DNA from: Candidatus Flemingiibacterium sp.
GTDB lineage: Bacteria; Bacillota; Clostridia; Oscillospirales; CAG-272
Assembly (NCBI GenBank): GCA_045635785.1
Contig: JAZTWJ010000107.1
Location: 3,497-67,496 of the forward strand
DNA: 64,000 nt
Direction: 5' to 3'
Shown here: positions 18,301-27,940 of the stretch, in pieces
Layout of the letters: each line of letters starts with the position of its first letter
Numbering within the stretch: the first letter of the stretch is position 1
Notes under the pieces: model-generated
What the model saw: only the letters and a program-made list of their open reading frames with translations
The model's database searches: none
What the model was told of the DNA's origin: nothing
Position numbers and translations under genes: made by a program

Positions 18301-18957
18301 TTATTGATCAAAGCAGCGGCGCAGCAGGTCTTCCTGCATTCTTGTTCCCCCTGCATTTCCAATACGCTGTAATACCTCGGTGTGCATTGCGATTTTTGCG
18401 ATCTTTTCCATTGCGATCATGCGCTCTGCGGCGTATACGGGTGAATCTGCCATCGCAACCGTACCGCCGTCATGAATGAGCATGCAACCGATTTTTGTGA
18501 TGAAGTTGTCACATTCACTTGCCGTTTGTGCAATCAAAGCACCGAGATTTGCGGCATAATCACCCTCGATCTCGCTTGGGTTCAGCTGTCTTGTGCATGG
18601 AATGGGGCCACCAAAATATTTTGCGTGCAGCATTCCGTAGGGCTTGATTTGCCGCCCTGCCTGTGCAAACGCGGTGGCGCATTCCGGATATCCCGAAGCG
18701 ATGGCTCTCGCTTCGCTATTTTCAAAAATCGCCGCGTACATGGCAAATTCCGCAGGCAGTGTTCCCTGCCCGAACAGGATCTGCCCATCGGGCAATGCCA
18801 CCAGCATATTGTCCTTGTCCGCTTCCACGGCGGCGATCTCTTTTGGCTTGACAACGATCACGCCTGCGGTCCTATCGAAAAGGCTGACCGAGCCGAAGTC
18901 TATTTGGCATAGGAGAAGGTTCGCTTCTGCCGTCTGCTGTCGCAATTTTTCGTGCAT
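18301..18957 (-). CDS. class II aldolase/adducin-fold protein, AraD-like but lacking most metal ligands
   Basis: 218 aa, collinear by eye with L-ribulose-5-P 4-epimerase (EANL..., VKP, AQAG, IPCTR). The HTHS position reads SGYP. Confidence 0.72.
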   Translation of the reverse strand: MHEKLRQQTAEANLLLCQIDFGSVSLFDRTAGVIVVKPKEIAAVEADKDNMLVALPDGQILFGQGTLPAEFAMYAAIFENSEARAIASGYPECATAFAQAGRQIKPYGMLHAKYFGGPIPCTRQLNPSEIEGDYAANLGALIAQTASECDNFITKIGCMLIHDGGTVAMADSPVYAAERMIAMEKIAKIAMHTEVLQRIGNAGGTRMQEDLLRRCFDQ

Positions 18958-19029
18958 ATGGACTCCTTTCGGCGACAGATGCCGCCTTCATCTTTCAAAA
19001 ATAAACGATTTTGATGATACTGTTACCCT

Positions 19030-19692
19030 CTATACATGAAAGCGTTTCGCCAACTCCACGCGTGTGCGACGGTGTGAAAACACCAGCATTGCAATGAAGC
19101 ACAGGATAGATACGCATGCCGCAGTTACGATCGGCCATTCCACATCGCTGACGCCAAATACCCATAGGAAGAAGGAGAGGACGCCCAGAACGGCTATGAC
19201 CAGCTGATAGATGGTATAGGCACGGAAGCGATAGGGACTGATGAGGATCATCAGCATAATCGCCAAGGCGGCTGCTACGATGAGGCCGGGAATGACCCAT
19301 GTAATGGACCAATGATACCAGCCTGTCAGCCAATCTATGAGGACCGTCAAGCCGCTTACGCAAAACAGCTGCATGAGCAGCATGGATGCGGGATTGGGAG
19401 CAGAGCGCAACACGCTGATTGCGCTCAGCCAAACATATATAATTGCGCCTGCTGTAATAAACGCCCACGGATTATCGGTGGGAACCAGATGATTGATCAG
19501 CAAACCGGTTGCAACGAAAACCACCGCAATGAAGCTGATCAGCTTTAACAGCAATGCGCGGGAGAATCTGCTTTTTACATAGGGATAGTCTTCATCGAAG
19601 TCGTCCCCTATTTTTTCTGCCTCCATGTCACACAGTGGGCAGGTCGGCAGATCCCCGCGCAACGTTACGCGGCAATGTCTGCAATATCTCAT
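19030..19692 (-). CDS. zinc-ribbon / multi-pass membrane protein
   Basis: 220 aa. N-terminal CRHC...CPLC motif followed by about 5 hydrophobic helices. The start overlaps the upstream gene by 4 nt. Confidence 0.7.
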   Translation of the reverse strand: MRYCRHCRVTLRGDLPTCPLCDMEAEKIGDDFDEDYPYVKSRFSRALLLKLISFIAVVFVATGLLINHLVPTDNPWAFITAGAIIYVWLSAISVLRSAPNPASMLLMQLFCVSGLTVLIDWLTGWYHWSITWVIPGLIVAAALAIMLMILISPYRFRAYTIYQLVIAVLGVLSFFLWVFGVSDVEWPIVTAACVSILCFIAMLVFSHRRTRVELAKRFHV

Positions 19693-21080
19693 ACCTTGCC
19701 CTCCTTTGCAGTCTTTTTAGGCTTCTTTGGCTTTTTTTCTTTGACGGGCTCGGGCGTTTCATTGCAGGACAGCTCCACAGACAGCCCTTCGTTTGCCAAA
19801 AAGCTGAGCATAAACTGTTCCATGGAATTATCGTCTGTTGTGGACGAAAAACCGATGGTTGCCACGTCGTCGTAGGACATCATCGTAACCTTTTTCGGAT
19901 GCGATTCCGATGCGCCGATGATAAGCTCCGCCCGCTCCACCAGATGTGCGATCATCGGCGACAGCGCAAAACGGCCTAAATTTGAAAATGTCAGCGTATA
20001 TCGTTTCAGCGCGCGGCGGAAGATGATCTGCATGACGAGATCCTTGAGAAAGATCGGCACAAATTTGATGCCCGGAATGCGCTCAATCGCCGCATGTTCC
20101 GCGATCTGCCGTTCGAAATTCTCCCGCGTCAGATTGGCGCGAAAGCTTTCCTTTGTCTTGGCAAGAATCGTTTCGAAGGTTTCTCCGCGCACGGGATAGA
20201 CCGCAATGTTCATATGCCCGAAGAAGTTTCGCAGAGTAATGGAATCGAACATGGACCGAAGATTCACAGGCACGCTGATGACGATGGGGTTTTTGGATTT
20301 GCCGCGCCGCCATGCGGTATTGTAAATTGACCAAATGAGCAATGCCGATATGTATTCGGACATGCTCGCCCCCTTCGATTTTGCAAGCCCCAGCAGCTCC
20401 TTAACGGAAACCATCGCATGCATCACGCCGAGTCGGCTTCCGTCATAGCGATAGCCGTTTAGCCGAAAGGCATCGGGTTGGCTCTGCTTTTTTTTAGGCT
20501 TTGCTGTACTTTCGGTCTCTCTCGGAACGCCCGCATCCGCTGTTTGTCGGAAGGAGTCCTCGTCAAAATCGCGGGCGATCTCATCGACCTCGCGGCGGAT
20601 ATATTCCTCGGGAACCGTTTCGTTTCCGCACTTGATGTTGTAATAGCAATACACGATCAGCCGCAGGAAATTTGTCGCGCCCATGCCGTCGGACAGCGCA
20701 TGATAGATCTCGCAGTTGATGCGTTTTTTGTAATATAGCACGCGAAAAAGGAAGCCCCTCTCCCGTCCGCGATAAATGGGTGCGCAGGGATAGCCGCGCT
20801 CCTCACGAACCACGGGCTTTTCGCGGTTCATATCAAAATAATACCAGAATAAGCCCCGATGCAGCTTCAATGCGAAGGCAGGCATGATCGCCAGCGCCTT
20901 TTCCACCGCCTGCTGTAAGATCTCGGGCTCCACATTTTCCCGCAGGACCACACTCAAGCGGAACACATTGGGGGACCTGGTGCTCGTTACTGCGGGCATC
21001 ATCTTGGCGGTCAGATCCAAACCGTCCCAATACCCGTCATCCATGCCGCTGTGTACGGCTCTTTTCACTCTATACTGCAT
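19689..21080 (-). CDS. condensation / alcohol-acetyltransferase-like HxxxD acyltransferase
   Basis: 463 aa. HALSDGMG (HxxxDG) motif and a Lys-rich C-terminal tail. Confidence 0.68.
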   Translation of the reverse strand: MQYRVKRAVHSGMDDGYWDGLDLTAKMMPAVTSTRSPNVFRLSVVLRENVEPEILQQAVEKALAIMPAFALKLHRGLFWYYFDMNREKPVVREERGYPCAPIYRGRERGFLFRVLYYKKRINCEIYHALSDGMGATNFLRLIVYCYYNIKCGNETVPEEYIRREVDEIARDFDEDSFRQTADAGVPRETESTAKPKKKQSQPDAFRLNGYRYDGSRLGVMHAMVSVKELLGLAKSKGASMSEYISALLIWSIYNTAWRRGKSKNPIVISVPVNLRSMFDSITLRNFFGHMNIAVYPVRGETFETILAKTKESFRANLTRENFERQIAEHAAIERIPGIKFVPIFLKDLVMQIIFRRALKRYTLTFSNLGRFALSPMIAHLVERAELIIGASESHPKKVTMMSYDDVATIGFSSTTDDNSMEQFMLSFLANEGLSVELSCNETPEPVKEKKPKKPKKTAKEGKV

Positions 21081-21081
21081 A

Positions 21082-22269
21082 TCACAAAAGGGAGGTCAGA
21101 TGCCCCACCGACACGTCGGGATCCACGTCCGCGGCGTAATCCACGCCCTCTGTTTCAAAGCCGAACAGTCGCAGAAATTCCTTTTGATATTCGGCAAAAT
21201 CCGCATATTCGCTTACATTTTCGTCGGTGAGGTTATCCCAGAGCGCGGCAATGTCAGCCTGAAGCTGTTCTTCCATCTCATAATCGTCCATGCGAAGCAT
21301 TCCTTCGGCATCAAAGGGCGTACGCTCTGTGCCGTACAGCTTCTCCATCATGCGGACCATCTGCTCGATCACGCCCTCGTGAGTACCGAGCGCCTTCATT
21401 TTTCTAAACAAGATCGAAATGTACAGCGGAACCACGGGGATCGCCGCGCTGGACTGCGTTACCAGCGCTTTGTTCACCGAAATGAATGCCCTACAGGAGA
21501 AATCCTTCGCCATCGCCTTTGCCGTTGCGGCAAGATGCGCCTTTGCCTTGCCGATGGTGCCGTCCTTATAGATGGCGTGGGTAAGCGCGGGACCGATGTA
21601 GCTGTATGCGGTGGTGGTGAAGCCTTTTGCAAGCAGACCGCGCGCCGCCAGCTTTTCCACCCACGCGCGCCAATCTTCGCCGCCCATCACACGGACAGTG
21701 GCTTCGATCTCAGCCTCGGATGCGGGCTCCAATGTTACCTCGGAAAGCTTGCCCGTGCGCAGATCCACGCTCTTTCCCGTATAGGCTGTACCCACGGGCT
21801 TGAGGACGGAGGAAACGCTTGTGCCATCCGCCAGCGTTCGTCTCGGAGCCGCCAGCGAATAGATAAGCATGTCGATCTCGCCAAGCTCCTTTTCGATGAG
21901 ATCGCAAACTGCACCCTTGACCGGATCGGAGTAAGCATCACCCATCACATTGCGGGAATAAAGCCCCTCGGCTGAAGCATACTTGTCAAAAGCTGCTGTG
22001 TTATACCAGCCGGCAGAAGCGCATCGCGTACCAAAAGCGGGCTTTTCAAATGCAACGCCGACGGTGGCGGCTTTGCCGCCAAACGCCGCCGCAATGCGGG
22101 ACGCCAGACCGTAGCCGGTGGAGCTGCCGATGACGAGCACCTTTTTCGGAAGTGCGCCTTCGATGGGGTGAGAAGCGGTATATTGAATCATGCGGCGGAC
22201 ATTTTCGTCACAGCCGATGGGATGTGCGGTGGTACAGATAAAACCTCTGACCTTCGGTTCAATGAGCAT
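21082..22269 (-). CDS. fabV: trans-2-enoyl-CoA/ACP reductase (FabV/TER family)
   Basis: 395 aa. N-terminus MLIEPKVRGFICTTAHP and GSSTGYG dinucleotide motif, characteristic of FabV/TER. Confidence 0.9.
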   Translation of the reverse strand: MLIEPKVRGFICTTAHPIGCDENVRRMIQYTASHPIEGALPKKVLVIGSSTGYGLASRIAAAFGGKAATVGVAFEKPAFGTRCASAGWYNTAAFDKYASAEGLYSRNVMGDAYSDPVKGAVCDLIEKELGEIDMLIYSLAAPRRTLADGTSVSSVLKPVGTAYTGKSVDLRTGKLSEVTLEPASEAEIEATVRVMGGEDWRAWVEKLAARGLLAKGFTTTAYSYIGPALTHAIYKDGTIGKAKAHLAATAKAMAKDFSCRAFISVNKALVTQSSAAIPVVPLYISILFRKMKALGTHEGVIEQMVRMMEKLYGTERTPFDAEGMLRMDDYEMEEQLQADIAALWDNLTDENVSEYADFAEYQKEFLRLFGFETEGVDYAADVDPDVSVGHLTSLL

Positions 22270-22341
22270 TTTTGCAATTCGTCCTTTCTATGAATGCACA
22301 GATCATCTGCACAAATCACGGTGAAATTCTCATTCAAAATA

Positions 22342-22370
22342 ATTATACCGCAAATCTCGCCCCGATACAA
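22342..22370 (-). promoter_or_regulatory. sigma-A type promoter for the fabV operon
   Basis: TTGTAT-17 nt-TATAAT on the minus strand. Confidence 0.6.
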
Positions 22371-22408
22371 GTAGAATTTGTGAATTTTTGTGTCATCGAA
22401 TACAAAAA

Positions 22409-22434
22409 GCGGCGGCGGGAAATCCCGCCGCCGC
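22409..22434 (-). terminator. intrinsic terminator after the M23 peptidase gene
   Basis: GCGGCGGCGGGA-aa-TCCCGCCGCCGC; T-run on the minus strand. Confidence 0.8.
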
Positions 22435-22484
22435 CAAAGCTTCGGCAATGCAAAAAAAGCATCCTGCACGCCTCATGCGCGCTA

Positions 22485-23204
22485 TTATTGATCGGCAGAC
22501 GAAATAAACGTCAGCGGATCCACATATTTGCCGTTTGCCTGCATCTCAAAGTGAACATGCGGTTCTTCCGCGATCTCGATCAGCGCGCTTTCGCCAACGT
22601 ATCCGATGACCTGCCCCACACCGACGCCAACACCGACCTCGATTCCATCGGCAAGCTCGTCCGCCAGATTCTTATAGGTGCTGTAGATTTCCTCGCCGTG
22701 GTCGATGGTCAGCGATTTTCCCATCAGCGGATCCGTCCATATGCGACAGATCACACCGCCCGATGCGGAAAGCACTTCACTGCCCATATCCGCCGAAAGA
22801 TCCACGCCCGTATGCGCCCGATAATCGCTCATCGTCAACGAATAGACAGGGACGTCAATCTCATATTCCTTCGCCACGCTTCCCTCCACGGGAAGCACGA
22901 ACCAGCGAGCCGATGCGGACGCGGGAAGCTCCTTTGTTTCCGCGGGTTTTGCCGTGGTTTCCCCAGCTGAAGTCTGGGCAGCAGATGTGGTCTGGGCAGT
23001 CGTTTCGGTTGTGGTTTCGGTGGGTTTCGAGGTGACGTTACTTGTTGTTTTAGTGACGCTGCCCTCTGCGGGAGGCAGATTTGCCTGCTCCCTTCGGCGA
23101 AGGGATACGGTAAAAACCGATACGCCGACGATGCTTGCCAGCATTGTTGCCAGCAAAAGATAGATGATCGTGTTGATTGAACGCTTTTTACTTTTGTTAT
23201 CCAT
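22485..23204 (-). CDS. M23 (LytM-type) peptidase with N-terminal membrane anchor
   Basis: HTGVD and HVHFE metal motifs, T/S/A/E-rich linker. Start moved to ATG 23204 (GAAAGG 12 nt upstream); the track TTG is at 23216. Confidence 0.82.
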   Translation of the reverse strand: MDNKSKKRSINTIIYLLLATMLASIVGVSVFTVSLRRREQANLPPAEGSVTKTTSNVTSKPTETTTETTAQTTSAAQTSAGETTAKPAETKELPASASARWFVLPVEGSVAKEYEIDVPVYSLTMSDYRAHTGVDLSADMGSEVLSASGGVICRIWTDPLMGKSLTIDHGEEIYSTYKNLADELADGIEVGVGVGVGQVIGYVGESALIEIAEEPHVHFEMQANGKYVDPLTFISSADQ

Positions 23205-23367
23205 GTATGGTACCAACCTTTCATGATTTTCTGATCGGTACTATTTTTGCCGCCGTCAGGGGAATTTATACATGCAGCAGAAGCTAAAATTTCAAGTACA
23301 GCAAAAAAGATGAACGGAAAGAGGACGCTTCCATTCATCTTTGCTTCAAAGTTCGTGTTTTGGGGTT

Positions 23368-24576
23368 TCAAACTTCCTCTACCGCGATGTTCAAAAGCTT
23401 CAAATGCTCAAAAAAGTCGGGGTAGCTCTTTGCAACCGCCTCCGCTCCGTCCAGCTCGCCGCCTGTCAGCGTTAGGAGCACCGAAAGTGCCATCACGATC
23501 CGATGGTCGCCATGCCCGAAAAGACATGCGTTCGGTGTATGGAATGCGGTCGGCTCGATCACCACGGAATCTTCGTAAACGTGGACCGTTGTTCCGAATT
23601 TTCGCAGTTCCTTTGCCATCACCTCTGCTCGGTCGCTTTCCTTGATCTTCAGCCGCTTGGTTCCGTGAAAGATGCCGCCCTGCTTTGCCGCCGCCACCGC
23701 AAAAAGGATGGGCGCAAGGTCGGGGCAGTTTCCAAGTTGAAGTGTCGGTGTCCCGCCGTTTAACTGTACAAAATAATCGCGGTAGACGGCGTCTCCCTGA
23801 AGGCTGTCTTGATTTAGACCGCTTATTTGCACGTCTCCGCCGAAAAGATTCAGCGCATCGGGGAAAGCCGCTCCCGAGGCATCGCCCTCCACAACCACGT
23901 CGGCAGCTTTGTATGCCTGACCGCCGCTGATTTTTAAGGTATTCTCATCCTTCCACTTGACAGAAACGCCAAAGCTGTCAAGTGCAGAGACGGTCATATT
24001 CAAGTAGGAACGGCTTTCCACCGGAGGAAGAATATGAACAGTGCTGTCCTCCTCCGCCAAAGGAAGGGCAAACAGCAAGCCGCTGATAAACTGACTGCTG
24101 ATATTGCCGTCCAGCGTATAATCGCCGCTCTTTAAGGGGCCGCAAACCGTGATCTGCCACCCATTTGATGTATATACAAGCCCTTTTTCTCGGAACAGCT
24201 TTTCAAAAACGGTCATCGGTCGCCGCATCAATCCCCTGGCACCTTGAAATACAGCGGTGTTGCCCGACAGCATCGCAGCGGGAACTAAAAAACGAAGTGT
24301 GCTTCCGCTTTCGCGGCAATAGAGAGGCGTCTGCGGCGTTGCTTTTTTGATATTGCATCCGTATACCGTGATGTCATCGCCTTGCAGTTTTGTCTTTACC
24401 CCCAAGGCATGCAGACAGTCCAGCGTTGCCAGCACGTCATCGCATTTCGAAATTCCGCGAATGACGCTGATCCCATCAGCAAAAGCCGCCGCGATCAGCA
24501 ATCTGTGCGCCATGCTTTTGGATGGCGGTGCCGCGATTTTTCCCTTGGCAATTCCGGGGGTGATCCTTATTCTCAT
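23368..24576 (-). CDS. aroA: 3-phosphoshikimate 1-carboxyvinyltransferase (EPSP synthase)
   Basis: 402 aa with the PSKSMAHR N-terminal motif. Confidence 0.93.
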   Translation of the reverse strand: MRIRITPGIAKGKIAAPPSKSMAHRLLIAAAFADGISVIRGISKCDDVLATLDCLHALGVKTKLQGDDITVYGCNIKKATPQTPLYCRESGSTLRFLVPAAMLSGNTAVFQGARGLMRRPMTVFEKLFREKGLVYTSNGWQITVCGPLKSGDYTLDGNISSQFISGLLFALPLAEEDSTVHILPPVESRSYLNMTVSALDSFGVSVKWKDENTLKISGGQAYKAADVVVEGDASGAAFPDALNLFGGDVQISGLNQDSLQGDAVYRDYFVQLNGGTPTLQLGNCPDLAPILFAVAAAKQGGIFHGTKRLKIKESDRAEVMAKELRKFGTTVHVYEDSVVIEPTAFHTPNACLFGHGDHRIVMALSVLLTLTGGELDGAEAVAKSYPDFFEHLKLLNIAVEEV

Positions 24577-25811
24577 GACTCAAATTCTCCGATGATTTTA
24601 TTTGCATATTCCTGCGCGCCACCCTCTGCGGTGATCATCACATCCGCTGCGGATGCATAAATTTTACGCCGTTCGTTATAACGCGCGGCAAGCGCCTCAT
24701 TGGTGCTTGAAAGAGGGCGGTCATCCGTCGGGATCAGCTCATCAAGCGGTCGGTCGATCAAGTAGATACGGCCGTTCTTTTTCAGCGCATCCACGTTATC
24801 CTCGCGCAGCGGAACGCCGCCGCCCGTGGCAATCACCGCGCCCGTTTTTGCCGCCACCTCACGTATGACCTCGCATTCGATGGCGCGGAACTCCGCCTTG
24901 CCCTCTTTTTCAAAAATTGCGGGGATGCTCATGCCGACTTTTTCTTCAATGAGGCTGTCCGTGTCGATAAATTCGCGGTCAAAATGCTCGGCAATCAGCC
25001 TTCCCACGGTGCTTTTTCCCGATGCGGGCATGCCGATCAGCACGATGTTCTCTTTTTGCCGCTTGATCTTTTCAAAAACCGCATCCAAAACTTCGGGAGC
25101 GAAGGTGCTGTCCGTGAAAATTTCCGATGCCTTCACGCCCTGGGCAACCAGCATATACAGACCGCCTTCCGCGGCAATTCCCCTCGCTTTCGCATTTGCA
25201 ACAAGCGATGTCCGCAGAGAATTGTAGACCGCATCGATCACGCCGATCAGCTTCGGGAACGCGGTCACATCCGCCGCTTCGCCGTATATATTCGGGAACA
25301 TTCCCACGGGAGTCGTATTGATGATGATCTCCGCATCCGTGTGGTTTTGATACAGCTCCTCGTAGCTCACCGCACCATCCTTGCCGCTTCTGGAAACTGT
25401 AACGATCTCGCGCGCAAGCAGCGCCTTTGAAACGGCATACGCCGTCTTGGAGGTTCCACCCGTGCCGAGAATAACTGCTTTTTTACCCTTCATATCAATG
25501 CCTGCATGGGATAAAAGCGCACACATGCCAAAGAAATCCGTATTGTATCCGTACAGCTTGCCCTCGCGATTGACGATGGTGTTGACCGCGCCGATGGATC
25601 TTGCATGCTCATCAATGAAATGCAGATAGGGTATCACAAGCTCCTTATAGGGAATGGTCACATTGATCGCCAGAAAATCACGCGCTGTCATAAAATCGTG
25701 CAGACCGTCCCGCGGAATTTCCTTGATCTCATATTCATAATCCGCCAGAGCATTGTGGATTTCCTTTGAAAAGCTGTGCTTCAAATGCTCTCCGATGCAA
25801 CCGTATTTCAT
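24573..25811 (-). CDS. aroE: fused shikimate dehydrogenase / shikimate kinase
   Basis: N-terminal AroE part (NVTIPYK, NTD, GTGGTSK) and C-terminal AroK P-loop (GMPASGKST). ATG 25811 overlaps the aroB stop (ATGA). Confidence 0.88.
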   Translation of the reverse strand: MKYGCIGEHLKHSFSKEIHNALADYEYEIKEIPRDGLHDFMTARDFLAINVTIPYKELVIPYLHFIDEHARSIGAVNTIVNREGKLYGYNTDFFGMCALLSHAGIDMKGKKAVILGTGGTSKTAYAVSKALLAREIVTVSRSGKDGAVSYEELYQNHTDAEIIINTTPVGMFPNIYGEAADVTAFPKLIGVIDAVYNSLRTSLVANAKARGIAAEGGLYMLVAQGVKASEIFTDSTFAPEVLDAVFEKIKRQKENIVLIGMPASGKSTVGRLIAEHFDREFIDTDSLIEEKVGMSIPAIFEKEGKAEFRAIECEVIREVAAKTGAVIATGGGVPLREDNVDALKKNGRIYLIDRPLDELIPTDDRPLSSTNEALAARYNERRKIYASAADVMITAEGGAQEYANKIIGEFES

Positions 25812-26827
25812 ATAATCGTTTCCTTTTTGACGTGCTGACCAAATGCTTCTATGGTCATCTTTTCGATCCGATATGTGCCGACCGTATCGACAAAGATCGC
25901 GTCCACCATGCCGTTTGCACATTTTTTATCGTGAATGACAAATTCCAACGCCTTATCCGTATCATAGGAGGTTTGCACGGGCAGACCGAGCTTTTCAAGA
26001 ACGGAGAGCAATCTGCCTCGTACCGCCGCCGAGCACATCGGAAGCATGCCAAGCGCCACGCACTCGCCGTGATATAAGTCCGCCATGCCCATCTGCGCCT
26101 CAATTCCATGGCCGAGTGTGTGACCGAAGTTCAGAATTTTGCGCAAATCGCTTTCCCTCTCATCCGCTTCCACAACGGATTTTTTAATCATCAGAGAGCG
26201 CAGAATGATGTCCTCTAAATTTTCTTTGGTCATGCCTTCCCTTTCGAATACGGAAAACAGCGCCGCATCCGAGGTAAGCGACATTTTAACCGACTCGGCA
26301 AGTCCTGCCGCGATCTGTCTTTTCTGAAGCGTAGCAAGCGTTTCTGTGTCGATCAAAACACATTTCGGCTGATAAAACGCGCCGATGATATTTTTCGTAC
26401 CACCAAGATTGATCGCGCATTTGCCGCCGATGGAGGAATCCACCTGAGCAAGAAGCGTGGTGGGGACCTGATAAAAATCAATGCCGCGCATATAGGTTGC
26501 CGCCGCAAATCCGCCAAGATCGCCCACAACACCGCCGCCCACCGATACAAGTGCATCGAAGCGTGTGATGTCAAATTCCATCATCGCCTGCAGTACCGTT
26601 TCCAGCGTTTTCATGCTCTTTGAACCTTCTCCTTCCGCAACGGTAAAGATCATGCTGTCACGAGCCTTTTTTTGAATGCACGCGGCATATTCTTTCGGAA
26701 CGCCGGCATCGGTGAGGATGAATACCCTTCTATTTAAGTTCAGCAATTCTCCCGCGCGGGCAAGCAGACCTTTGCCCACATGGATGTCGTAGCTTCTATT
26801 GCCGAGATCCATTCTCAGACTGTTCAT
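25808..26827 (-). CDS. aroB: 3-dehydroquinate synthase
   Basis: 339 aa with GGGVVGDLGGFAAATYMRG and the DxxxxGGK motif. Confidence 0.93.
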   Translation of the reverse strand: MNSLRMDLGNRSYDIHVGKGLLARAGELLNLNRRVFILTDAGVPKEYAACIQKKARDSMIFTVAEGEGSKSMKTLETVLQAMMEFDITRFDALVSVGGGVVGDLGGFAAATYMRGIDFYQVPTTLLAQVDSSIGGKCAINLGGTKNIIGAFYQPKCVLIDTETLATLQKRQIAAGLAESVKMSLTSDAALFSVFEREGMTKENLEDIILRSLMIKKSVVEADERESDLRKILNFGHTLGHGIEAQMGMADLYHGECVALGMLPMCSAAVRGRLLSVLEKLGLPVQTSYDTDKALEFVIHDKKCANGMVDAIFVDTVGTYRIEKMTIEAFGQHVKKETII

Positions 26828-27918
26828 ACTGCCGTCTCCTTTTTGAATATGCCCGCTGTTTTCAGCTTATCGCAGCAGGATTTTAGCTCCATTAACATTT
26901 CGCTGCCGCTTTCGGTGGCGATGTTGCCCTCCACCTCAACATAGAAATAATACTGCCAAAGCAGCTCCTTCATGGGGCGGCTTCGCAGGGAGATCATGTT
27001 GAATCCGTGCTTTCCGATGATGTCAATGGCTTTTGCAAGCGCGCCCGCCTCGTTGCGAACGGTGAACATTAAGATCGTGTGAACGTCTTTTTCATCGGTG
27101 AGATCGGTGTTTTGAGCCCTTGAGAGCACCGCAAATCGGGTAGTATTGTTTTTGCTGGTATTGATATTCTTTTCCAGCACGCAAAGCCCGAATAATTCCG
27201 CGGCTTCTGCGCTGGCGATGGCAGCAACCGATCGGTCTCCAAGCTTTGCCACATGCTTTGCCGCCAATGCGGTATTGACGTACTCGTGCCCAATAAATCC
27301 CTTATCCTTCAAATAATCCGCGCACTGTCCGAGTGCCTGCGGATGGCTGATCACCTCTTTGATGTCAGAAAGCTTGGCTCCGGGAACAGCAAGCAGGTCC
27401 TGCGATACCGCAAGGTCCATCATGCTATTGACATAAAGCGAACCGGAAAAGATGGAATCCGTAACCTGCGCCACCTCTCCGTTGCAGCTGTTCTCCACGG
27501 GGAGAACAACACAGTCGCATTCTCCGTCAACCACCGAAGCATACGCGGCGGCAAAATCGGGATAAGCGATCTTGCGCGCAGAGGGAAACAGCTTTCCCGT
27601 GGCGATGTGAGCAAAAGCGCCCTCCGTGCCGGAGTAGGCAACCTTCATGCCCGACATCAGCCGATCCTGATATGCCTTTGACAAAGACATGCATCCGTTG
27701 AGAAATTCCACATAATATTCGCGAAGGATCTTGTCCTCCACCAGCTCGGAATTCCGTCGGATCACTTCTTCCTCTCTCGCCGGATCATGAATCTTTAGCC
27801 CATGCTCCTTTTTATATGCACCGACAATCTCTGCCGCGCGCATGCGCTTGCAGAACAGCTCTGCCATTTTTGCGTCGGCTTCGTTGATTATTTTTCGTGC
27901 TTCTTCCAGTGAACTCAT
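26824..27918 (-). CDS. pheA: bifunctional chorismate mutase / prephenate dehydratase
   Basis: N-terminal CM_2 helix bundle, PDT domain (VAYSGTEGAFAH) and a C-terminal ACT-like region. Confidence 0.88.
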   Translation of the reverse strand: MSSLEEARKIINEADAKMAELFCKRMRAAEIVGAYKKEHGLKIHDPAREEEVIRRNSELVEDKILREYYVEFLNGCMSLSKAYQDRLMSGMKVAYSGTEGAFAHIATGKLFPSARKIAYPDFAAAYASVVDGECDCVVLPVENSCNGEVAQVTDSIFSGSLYVNSMMDLAVSQDLLAVPGAKLSDIKEVISHPQALGQCADYLKDKGFIGHEYVNTALAAKHVAKLGDRSVAAIASAEAAELFGLCVLEKNINTSKNNTTRFAVLSRAQNTDLTDEKDVHTILMFTVRNEAGALAKAIDIIGKHGFNMISLRSRPMKELLWQYYFYVEVEGNIATESGSEMLMELKSCCDKLKTAGIFKKETAV

Positions 27919-27940
27919 ACCGTATGCATGCTCCTTGATT

